Origin: Eledone cirrhosa
Lineage: Eukaryota
Length of the DNA stretch: 64,000 nt
Direction of reading: 5' to 3'
Assembly (NCBI GenBank): GCA_964016885.1
Contig: OZ024743.1
Span: 42,718,001 to 42,782,000, forward strand
In this document: positions 52,655 through 64,000 of the stretch, piece by piece
Layout of the letters: each line of letters opens with the position of its first letter
Numbering within the stretch: the stretch's first letter is position 1
Position numbers and translations under genes: made by a program
The notes under the pieces: generated by a model
Databases searched by the model: none
Told to the model about the DNA's origin: nothing
What the model saw: the letters and a program-made list of their open reading frames with translations, nothing else

Positions 52655-55122
52655 ATTATTCAATGCATAGAGGATGTACATTTAAAACCGCCTTTCTTCT
52701 TTTTATATACATATAATTGACATGACTTTTATGAAGATTACATTTGTCACTGCCATCTACATGCTGCAGGATAGTTTAAATAAACACATCATTAATATAG
52801 CAATTGGAAACAGTGAATTATTCGTTCATGAATCTTCATAAAATCATTCAGAAATTCAATGCTTCAGGAAATAATTTTTCTCTATGCATAGTGTTAACGT
52901 ATTGTACTTCATCACAACGGATTACAAACCTTATTTTTCTCATTCATTGCAACTTCCTGCACGATTTTTATTGTGAGGCATTTGGCAGCAAATTCTTTTG
53001 TTTGTTTAAGAGACATAACATTTGAGTGGATTACTCTAGCAAAATATGTCAACTCCGATAAACTCTCCTTTTCATGGAGATAATAATATCCTTTATTAGT
53101 TATTTAAAATTAGAATGAAAATTATATCCTTTTGTTACGATTTCAATGAAAGAGGATTGGAAATGAATACTTTAGCTGACATGGAGAAATCTTCACGATT
53201 TAATGAATCAAAATGTGATATGAATCTATGGTTGAGCACGGATGTGTTTCTAATGTAAAGTTTTCTTTAAATCCGATCAGGTTCCAAAGCAATTAGTCTA
53301 TACCAAATTTTTATAATGAAACAAACGAATAGATGAAAAAAACATATTAAAATATATAATAATGAAGAATGCATTAGTTAATATGTTTCTTTAGAACTGT
53401 GTTTGATTTTCATCAAAGTATAGGCAGATTAAATGCTGCGTATGAATATAAATTTACTGACTTAGTTTAGGGCAATCGGCGTTAAATTATTCTTACATAT
53501 CACTTCCAAACATAAATTGGCGTCCTTCGAATTCTGACGACAAAAGGTAACAATTTTTTAACAACAAAAAACATTTGCTTGAGTCCTTGTTGAGTAGGTG
53601 GTTGAATGCCCCACAGAAACGTATATCATTAACCAGGACATAATTAAAGGTACTAGGTATTCTGGACTAGAGAATATGTGATAACGATTTGCAAGAATAT
53701 TGATGAAAATGAAATTATAGCATTTTAAATTTTGACAAAAATGCTGGCTCATTATAATATTTAAGTACATATTTAAATAATATTATAAACTGGACAGGTA
53801 CCTAATCAACTAAGAGGCATTGAGCATCCATCTACTTAGCCTATAAGCAAATTCTATACTCCATTTAACGCAATTCTCCCATTTTCAGAGATTTCTTAGT
53901 CATAATTATAGGAAAAATTTGCAGATTTGTCGTCGGTAAATAGTAAGTAAAAAACCATTACAAAACCTAAATTGGTTTAGTACATTCTTCTTCACAGCAT
54001 ACCTTTGGTTATTAACCTGAATAAAATAGAGGTAGAGATAATAACTATTTATTAAAATCGTGAAAAAATGTATCATGGGAAACGTTACGTTGCGACTGTG
54101 TCACATGTCAATCAAAATATAAGGTGGTTAAATATGAATTTACTGATGTATTTTTGTGTCAATTCGCATCTGTTAACTACTATATAGGTAATAGCGATGG
54201 ATTATTAGAATCGTAAGAGTGTCACGCATAATTCCTTGTAAAATATATACTAGCATTTTGCCATTTATTTTTCCAGTGTAGATAAAATACCAATCTTTTA
54301 CTCTTGCCAATGTAATTATCGATTCCTCTCCGCATAATTTGTGACACAATATCTATATTGGAACATATAAAATGTGTATAAATTATCATTCCACGCAAAT
54401 GATGATGGGATATACACAATCTAATATCTATCATTCTCAAAGATGTGTTACATGTTCACTGTTTCAATTCTACCACTACCATAGAGGCTGCAGCATCACA
54501 GAGCTCGAACGTGACATATCACACCTAACCAGTACTACTCACCGTAATGATGGTGCTCAACTTCACATTATGTTGAACCAATCTACCACCGTAGGTTGTT
54601 TGTATATTGTTAAAGTTCTCTGTGAACTCCTGAGTGACTGGGCTTTTATTTTGTGTCTCTCCTTTGTTCTATCCTACACCATCTTGTTTTTGTGTTGTGT
54701 GCTTTGACAATATATAAACAACTACGCAGTTATCAAACCAGCCAAAGAACCGGAATTATATAGTGAATTGAAGTGAAAACCAACTGGTGAGCGTGTTTTA
54801 TTGGCAGCATGACCATCCAAAAGTACAACAATATCTATTTAAAAATAGGCAAGCAATCTTGCAAAATATATTCAAAAACGAAGAAATATATATTTATATA
54901 TTTCTTTGTTTTTGAAAACGAGACATCCGTCTGGGAAGAGATATATTTGATATATCTCATATGAAATGATACAGCCAATTTTCCACACAATACAATTAGT
55001 TAGCACCCCGAACGTTTAATTGGGAATATACTCAGGTATTTCCTAATGTTTGTTGAGAGAGTTGGAATTTGGCCGGAGTATCGCTATTAGCTTTCTCCGA
55101 TTATGTATTTATATATATATAT

Positions 55123-56030
55123 ATGAATACAAATTAGAAAGAGAAGCCAGGACTATCCATCATCAGTGATATACTAGCCATCATAGGTATTTCTTCGCAT
55201 TAAAGATCAGATACCTCTGGCTAGCGCGAACAATAATTAAAATAAGTTATTGGGATAAAAAGAGTTGGCTCTTTCTCCACCCAATTATTTTTATCCCAAT
55301 AACTTATTTTAGTTATTGTTCGCGCTAGCCTGAGGTATCTGATCTTTAATGCGAAGAAATACATTTTATGGCCAGTAGATCACTGATGATGGATAGTTCT
55401 GGCTTCATTTCTAATTTTTATTCATATGTATCACATTTGCAACAACACAACACGCCATTTTTCATTCCTATATGCTTGCCCCTTCGCTATGACCTGTCTT
55501 TTTCTCTTCCCTTACTGTTATCCTCCTTCTATCTCCCCCTTCTTTCTCCTTTTACCTCTTACTTTCATTCACAACCCTCTGCTAGTCCCCCTCTCTCGGC
55601 TAACCTCTTCCTCACACTTTCACTTACTCACTCTCTGCTACTCACCCTCTCTCTCACTTCCTCCATCGTCCCACACCGTGCGAAATTCATTTCTCGCTCA
55701 CTTTTCGTACGGCCAAGATGTGTCTTTCGTCTTCTCGTCAATGATTCGCAAGTTCTTATGTTCACATGAATCAGTGACTTGATTTTCTCATGTTTTCCTC
55801 TTTTTACGTTGCCTCACCATTCTTGTTTGTTTACCTGTCTCTCTTTCTCCACCCAATTCTTTTTATCCCAATAACTTATTTTAGTTATTGTTCGCGCTGG
55901 CCTGAGGTATCTGATCTTTAATGTGAAGAAATACCTATGATGGCTAGTAGATCATTGATGATGGATAGTCCTGGCTTCTCTTTCAAATTTTTATTCATAT
56001 GTATCACATTTGCAAAGCCATTTTTCATTC
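55123..56030. mobile_element. Family K element: inverted arm plus two direct copies of the 3' end
   Basis: 55123-55268 is inverted relative to direct repeats 55269-55470 and 55840-56030; (TA)n flanks. Confidence 0.8.
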
Positions 56031-56050
56031 CTATATATATATATATATAT

Positions 56051-57885
56051 AGTTTTGCGAGGTTTTTGATATGAAATCGTGTGTCGAAACAAATAATGTT
56101 ATACTTGGGGAGGGTGATATTTGTGTAATATTGCCAGAATTAATAACAGAACACACTCACTGTTTGGTTGGTTTTCGCTTTTCGCTTCTGTGTCTTTTAT
56201 ATCGGTTACTTTAATTTATTCGGTCCTCAATGTTGCCATTAACTGACCAACGGTAAAAAATACAGATACAATATAGACACAAACAGATACATATAGTCTA
56301 TCAAAGTTCTTTCGTTGCACATCTGCAACATGTCAGTGGTGCTATTGTTTCCTCCCGTTGCATCGTATGTCTACGCCATCTTTATTTAGTCTCTTTATAT
56401 ATTTATTTATTTGTCTATTTTTTGTCTTCTTTGCGCATGCGGTTGTGTGTGTGTATAGTGTTTTGTTTGATGTGTGTTCGTGTTTGGGTGACTGTGTATT
56501 GGTTAATATATTCTATCTTTACTAGTGTGTGTGTTATATGTGTTTGCTGTATTGTGCTTGTGTATGTATTTATTTATTTATCTATTTATTTATTTATTTA
56601 TATTTCTCTTAGGTCAGTGTTGTTTGTTTGGGTGTTGTTGTTATTCCATTCATTTTTTTGTTTAGCCTTGGCCTTCTAAGTTCTATTTCACCGGCCTCTC
56701 TGATTTGCCTATCTGCTGGGTCATTTCTCTGTTTAGATATTATTCTAATTTCTATGTTGCCTATGTTACCGTCGTGTTGTTGTCTGGCATGTTCGTATAG
56801 TACTGAACCGATTGTTCGTCCTTTTAGTTCCCCCAGTGTTGGTCTATCCTTTCACATATGCTACGAGCTGTCTCGCCTATGTATGTTGTTGTTATGTTTC
56901 TGCAAGTACCCTCTGTACATCTTATGCTATAGACTACGTTTCTAGTTTTACAGTTAATCCGGGGGTTTACTTTACATATGATAAATTTCCTATTAGTACA
57001 GTGGGTTTTCTTAAAAGGGTAGGTTTTGCTGATCAGGGATTTTATGGTGGTTCCTGGCTTTTCTACCACCTTTATTTTTAAGTGGGTCTTTCTCAGGGCC
57101 TTTCTACACTGGTTAGCTAATTTCCCTCCAGGGTTAGCGTCCACAAACATGAAACTCTGGTATCTCTGGTTGTCGTACCATGTAGTGGCTTTCCCTATCT
57201 TATCTCTAGCCCTATCTAAGCTATTCCATGATTTGCTTCTGTATAATGCGCAAATTACTTTCATGTCCAGTTCTATGAGGGTCTTATACTTCTCCGTGGC
57301 TCCTTCGTATACTCTGATTCTGTCTCTTTAGTTGTAGCCAGAGAACTGCATGCGGTTGATGAAGTGTTGGATGTGTTTTTCCATTTCTTTTGGGTCGAAC
57401 ATGCGGGGCACGTTCTTCATCACTCGTACCAAGTCTGCGATCAGAATATTAAACTTAGCACTACTGGACATTGCTGAGTTTTTGTGTATCAAGTTTTTGG
57501 AGGCCATGGGTTTAGCATAGTGTGAGTGGAGAATTTGGGCTCTCTCGTCTATAGTGTTAATCCAGAGTTCCGTGTCTAATACAGGTAGTCTATTGTTAGG
57601 GTGTTTGGAAGAGTAGTCGATAGTTACAGTTATACTCTGGTGCATGGAATTAGCTATCTGCTGGATGCTTTCCATTGTGCTACGTTCTAAATCAAACTTG
57701 TCAGTGCTCTCTTGTGGGGATGTTCTTATTACTATATTGATATCGTCTACGTAACAAGAGTACATGATGAGGTCTATGGAGCTCTCATCAATGAGATCTT
57801 TAAGTCTCCTTTCCCACCATACCATAAACGTGTGTTCTGTTATTAATTCTGGCAATATTACACAAATATGACCCTCCCCAAGTAT

Positions 57886-57890
<5 letters not shown>
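56051..57890 (-). mobile_element. 5'-truncated PLE, family D, with a 60 bp inverted end copy at the 5' junction
   Basis: RT YVDDI, LPVLD, HYAKPM (57328-57830); GIY-YIG NVVY..C....C...YIGETARS..ER...H (56824-57264); 57830-57890 inverts 56097-56155. Confidence 0.92.
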
Positions 57891-57931
<41 letters not shown>

Positions 57932-57935
<4 letters not shown>

Positions 57936-58073
57936 AAAGAGATGAAATCGAAAATGCAACTGGAGTCTTATTTTAAAAAAAATATATATATTTATTTGGT
58001 TCCTTTACCGGTTTCGCAGTTCTTCTGCTTTTCAAAAGGTGAGTTGAGATGGAGGGTCTGTGGTTTTTCTCAT
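57932..58073 (-). mobile_element. Family A single arm
   Basis: U3-A8 hammerhead motif at 58003-58038. Confidence 0.8.
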
Positions 58074-58242
58074 ATATACATTTATAATCGATAAAATAAT
58101 GTATCAATATTTAGATTGCACATATATATACCAATGGTGACTTCCATCGTCATCTATAGATAATTGTGATAAGTAGATAACAATAGGTTTATGCAAAGTG
58201 TGTTGGGAGTCAACAAGGTACGAGGTGTACAATGCCACTAAA

Positions 58243-58910
58243 TAATTGTTTCTACTTTAGGCACAAGGCCAGCAAATACCCAGTGCATTACTGGTACTTT
58301 ATTTTATCGAGCCCGTAAGGATGAAAGGCAAAGTCAACCTCGGCGGGATTTGAACTCAGATCGTAAAGGGACGTAACTATGCTGGAAAGCATGGCGTCCG
58401 ACCCTCTACCGATACTGCCAATCCACACTAAATAATGGTTTGATTTAATTCATTTTGAGTCCATTAAAGTTGGAAATATTAATGTTGAATATTTGGAGCA
58501 CATTATTTAAATAGGCGGTGGATTGGCAGTATCGATAGAGGGTCGGATGCCATGCTTTGAAGCATAGAGTTACCTCCCTGAATGATCTGAGTTCAAATCC
58601 CGCCGAGGTTAACTTTGCCTTTCATCCTTCCGGGGTCGATAGAATAAAGTACCAGTAATGCATTGGTAAATTGCTGGCCTTGTGCCAAAAGTAGAAACAA
58701 TTATTTAAATATAAAATTGGGCGGTGGATTGGCAGTATCAGTAGAGGGTTGGACGCCATGCTTTCCAGCGTAGTTACGTCCCTTTACGATCTGAGTTCAA
58801 ATCCCGCCAAGGTTGACTTTGCCTTTCATCCTTACGGGGTCGATAAAATAAAGTACCAGTAATGCACTGGGTAATTGCTGGCCTTGTGCCTAAAGTAGAA
58901 ACAATTATTT
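58243..58910. mobile_element. Cluster of three SINE copies (58243-58425 -, 58514-58705 +, 58720-58908 +)
   Basis: Full consensus in each; TSD-like CACTAAATAAT and ATTATTTAAATA. Confidence 0.92.
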
Positions 58911-59631
58911 TTCACTTCTCCATATTCATTTTCATTACTTTTTCACCAATTTTTCATTTATTCTTTATTCTTTATTCTCTATTTATTTATTTATTTTCAA
59001 ATTATACAAATTATATTAATTATTTTATTATATTATTTATTTATTTTCTTTTTTCTTCATTTATTGCCTTATATTTCATCATATACATGGAATAACCCCG
59101 CCCTCCTCACACCACCACCATGAGAGATGGTCGCAGGAGGGATGAAGAAAAAACACACACTGGATACATCTAAATTGTTAGCAGCAGCAAGATATAAGCT
59201 GACCACAACACCAACAACACTACCAAAATAATGGTAGGGGTCAAATGTACTGAACAATAGCAAACAAAAACACTACAGGGAGCCTCACCCCAGAAAGAAT
59301 TCTATAGACTGAGGAATGCTCTCAGAACTGACCAATGGCAAGTTTGATACTTTATTTGTTATTTTGTTTCTTTAACACCCTGTCCCTTTTACCATTTTAT
59401 CAATTTTTTAAGCTAACTCCAACAATAACAACACTTAGAATGAGGAATGTTCTAATAACTGACCAATGAGAGGAGAAGAGGACCTTTGACACTGAAATTC
59501 GTTTGTTTGAGTTCATATGATTCCAGTTCCTCAGTGAAATAACAACCCAACAAGGAACTGGGCATATCAGAGTATTGACAATATGATACACCTCAACAAC
59601 ATATGTACTTGTCTATACCATACTAATTCAA

Positions 59632-59686
59632 ACTGCCTGAAGACGTCACAGCCAAAGATGGCTGTCACTGAAATATATATAGCAGT
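59632..59686 (+). ncRNA. Canonical type I hammerhead motif (family E single arm, ~59515-59738)
   Basis: ACTGC CTGAAGA CGTCACAGCCAAAGATGGCTGTCACT GAAA TATAT ATA GCAGT. Confidence 0.82.
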
Positions 59687-59731
59687 AATAAACGAAGCTA
59701 AATTTTAATCATTTGACTTTTTATTTAACTT

Positions 59732-59779
<48 letters not shown>

Positions 59780-60872
59780 GTGAAAGCAGCGATTCTTTGC
59801 TTAAACTTAAATCTGTTATTTTCATATATATATATATATATATATATAAGAATATATGTATGTATGTATGTTGGATTTGGCAGTAGTTATTCTTAGGGCG
59901 TTGGAAATACTTTGAGTTGAAACTGTGCCGTAGATGAAGTTGCGTGTGAACATTTCAGGGTCGATAAAGAAATCACCAACACATGCTGGTGCAGCCCTTC
60001 ATTCTTCCAGCCATTTGTCTGTTTTGATCAAAGTGGCGTATCTTGTGTTGGGTGTTCCAATCTACTTTCGACTGCATGAACATCTAATATGCCTAAAAAA
60101 ACATGGTTACATATTATTTCTGCCAGATGTTGCAACGGATATATGTTATTAGAAACCGAAACATAGTTTTCGTGACCCGAACTGACGGTTGACTTTGGCT
60201 TTTTTTCTTTCGGTATTTTCTATATGTGTATGTATACATACGCACATATTTATTCCTGTATCAATGAGGCTTTATTCTATGCCAGTATTTTATTTTATCT
60301 CGAGTATTTTGGGAGATGTGATGATGTGAACGACGATGAATGTTGAGAGTCTAATATCTTCTGAAGGTAGATTACGTTTAAAGCGGATTTTTATCCTGTC
60401 ATTGCAGATTAACTCCTTATAGAATGTATTTGATGTATTTGAAATGAAATGCTTATTCAGCAGACTACGAATGAAATCTTACATCAGAAACGGGTTGCCA
60501 TAAGGATGATCTACATACCAAAGTTTATATGCTGGTAATTATATCAATTCACTAGTAATGAAATATTAGGTTTAACGATGTGATTCATTTGATCCTACAA
60601 ATAGATTTATAATAAATTTATTTTTCTAGCTATCTTTCTACTCTGACATTTCCGTGCTCCCCGGTGAAACAATATAGCAATAATAGTATAATAAATAAAA
60701 TTGAAACGAAAATAATTATACATGATGAATCCTCCGTCGGTTTGGACGGGGAAAATTTATTTCTTTGTAAACAGAAAGTACAACTCATGATTAATGCGCA
60801 ACGCGTCGAATATTCCACAAACACGTCTAGCCATTATTATATCGTCCATTATGATTTTGAATTAAAGGTACA

Positions 60873-60990
60873 ATAATTGTTTCTAATTTTGGCACGAGGC
60901 CATCACATACCTAGTACATTACTGGTACTTTATTTTGTAGACCCCATAAGGATGAAAGGCAAAGTTAACGTCATCGAGATTTTAAATATA
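60873..60990 (-). mobile_element. Truncated SINE copy
   Basis: Matches the SINE 3' half. Confidence 0.75.
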
Positions 60991-61221
60991 AGGTACAATA
61001 ATACATATTATTGTTTCTCATATCAAACATCACATCAACCATCGATCCCCACCACCACCTCATCAATATGTTCATCCCCCGCCCCCACCTATCATATATG
61101 CCAAAACATTCCTCAAAGTAAAACCACCAAACAAAACAACATAATCTGACCACCTTATGAACGCGAAACGTTACAGACATCTCTATGCTTTATGTGTTCA
61201 TTCTGTCATTTCCACAGCAGA

Positions 61222-61306
61222 GGTCCGAGGAGCTTTCAACTCCAGAGTAGGGACAGATTGATACAGATCGAACCTTGAGCTGATCAAAAGCGAAACGCGT
61301 GTCACC
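61222..61306 (+). ncRNA. Hammerhead-like motif with CCGANGA core (family G end, to 61449)
   Basis: GGT CCGAGGA GCTTT...AAAGC GAAAC GCGT GTC ACC. Confidence 0.72.
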
Positions 61307-61449
61307 AATCAATAAACGTAATGAAGACATAACAATTCGTCCTATTTTTATCATATTTACAGTGTTTAGCTCTACATCTCTTACAGACGTGACTCTAAGC
61401 ATCGAGTGTTCACCTAGGTGACCCACAGTAAGTGCACGTTACACTCCCT

Positions 61450-62251
<802 letters not shown>

Positions 62252-62941
62252 TGCGAAGAAATACCTGTGATGGTTGGAAGATCACTGATGAGGACCACTT
62301 TATTCATATGTAACCCAATTGAAACCACGCAGCACGTTTATTCTCATATTTACACATATTTTTCCCCACGCCGTGACCCGTCTATTTCGTTCTTACTGCT
62401 TCCTCTTTCTCTGTATCTTTACCCTCTGTAACAGTCACTCTCTCTGTTAGCCTCTTCTTCACCCTTCACTCACTCACTCTCTGTTACTACCTCTCCTCCT
62501 CCTCCTTCTTCCCGTTTCACCTGTGCATAATCCTTTTCTTTCGCACGCTTGGTCAGGCTGGTTCGCCTTTTTTTCTCTCTCTCGTCTACGATTTCACAGA
62601 ACTTATGTTCACCGAATTCACAGACTAGATTCCTTCTTCCTCCCGTTAAACCTGTACGGAATTCCTTCCTTGCTCACATTCCAACCACGTTTGATGGTCT
62701 TTATTCTCTCTCGTTCACGATTTCACCGAACTTATATTCATGGAAATTTGGGACTTGACTGGTTCTTCCTCACCTTTCGCCGCTTCACCATCTTTGTTTG
62801 TTTACACTCTCGCTGTCCCCTTTATTTATACGTGTCCCAACGACTTTTTTTAGCCGTTGCTCGCACCAACCGGAGGTATATGGTCTTTAAAGCGAAGAAA
62901 TACCTGTGATGGCTGGAAAATCACTGATGAGGACCACTTTA

Positions 62942-62946
<5 letters not shown>
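62252..62946 (+). mobile_element. Family K element with direct terminal repeat
   Basis: GCGAAGAAATACCTGTGATGG..ATCACTGATGAGGACCACTTTATTCATAT at both 62253-62309 and 62892-62948. Confidence 0.75.
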
Positions 62947-63016
<70 letters not shown>

Positions 63017-63175
63017 ATGTATATCTATGTATATTTGTATGTATGTGTATATATGTTATGTATATGTGTACATGTGTGTATGTGTGTATGTTTATGTATG
63101 TGTATATGTATATGTATATATATATATGTATGTGTGTATATATATGTATATGTATATATGTGTATACATGGTATA

Positions 63176-63218
<43 letters not shown>

Positions 63219-63439
63219 ATATGTTTATATGGTTCTATGTGTGTATATATATGTATGTATATGTGTATATATGTGTGTGTGTGTATGTGTATATATATAT
63301 ATATGTATATGTATATGTGTATATGTGTATATATGTGTATATGTGTATATGTAGGTGTATGTATATATGTGTATATGTATATGTATATTTATATATATAT
63401 ATATATATACATATATATATGTGTGTGTATATATTTATA

Positions 63440-63493
<54 letters not shown>

Positions 63494-64000
63494 GGTGTAT
63501 ATGGGTGCGCGTGAGTGTGTGAGTGAGTGTGTTTGTGAATGTGTCTGTTGAATTTTGGAATATAGCTTAAGAGAAACCTGAAGATAATGGTATGACATGC
63601 ACTCAATATTTTGAACTGGTCTATAGAATTCTCTAGGCCTTTGTCACTAAGTAGAACCTTAAAGAATTAGCTTTTAAAGAATTTCCCTTTTCTTTAAATC
63701 CATCAACCATGACTGACTCCCAATGATCTTATAGACACCTGAAATCTAGGCATTGTTAGCTTAAGAGAAACTTGAAAATAAGGAGTGGCACCCCATTCTG
63801 AACTTGTTTATAGAATTCTTTCTGCCTTTGTTACTCTAAATATAAACTATAGCTTTGAAGAAATAGCTTTTAATGAATTCCCTTTTCTATCAACCAATGA
63901 CCTACACCCATCCCACTTCCTACCCTCTCCTACCACCTGAAGAGACCTATAAATACCATATCTATTTTTTGATACCCATATTCCTGATGATTTCTAAAGA

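Noticed and set aside
55897-55970. SECIS element or hammerhead in family K
   Set aside because: GA/GA polarity is reversed relative to a SECIS, and (C/T)TGATGA has no matching GAAA or stem II.
63560-63890. Diverged ~195 bp tandem duplication and CTGAAGA near the window end
   Set aside because: The duplication is real but unassigned, and any hammerhead would be cut off by the window edge.

Overview
AT-rich, microsatellite-dense animal DNA, most consistent with a coleoid cephalopod such as Octopus (inferred from repeat style only). No host gene could be supported; it looks intronic or intergenic and is almost all transposon-derived. Contents: one near full-length but frameshifted CR1/L2-group LINE (20.7-25.9 kb), at least five coding remnants of Penelope-like elements (PLEs; RT and/or GIY-YIG), over 12 copies of a tRNA-derived SINE with a Meta/MESC-like domain, two non-autonomous Helitrons, a mariner-type MITE, L1/Tx1, RTE and CRE-like fragments, and an assembly gap. 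The main unexplained structure is about ten families of short fold-back elements embedded in (TA)n tracts: two inverted copies of a PLE 3' end, one carrying an extra 35-105 nt tail with a fixed end. Reading by eye found more than 30 intact or degenerate minimal type I hammerhead ribozyme motifs in these ends. Several families share non-canonical cores (U3-A8 covariant UUGANAA in two families, CCGANGA, CAGAAGA). One family has no recognisable hammerhead but has a covarying kink-turn-like motif. All folds and boundaries were read by hand and may be off by a few bases.
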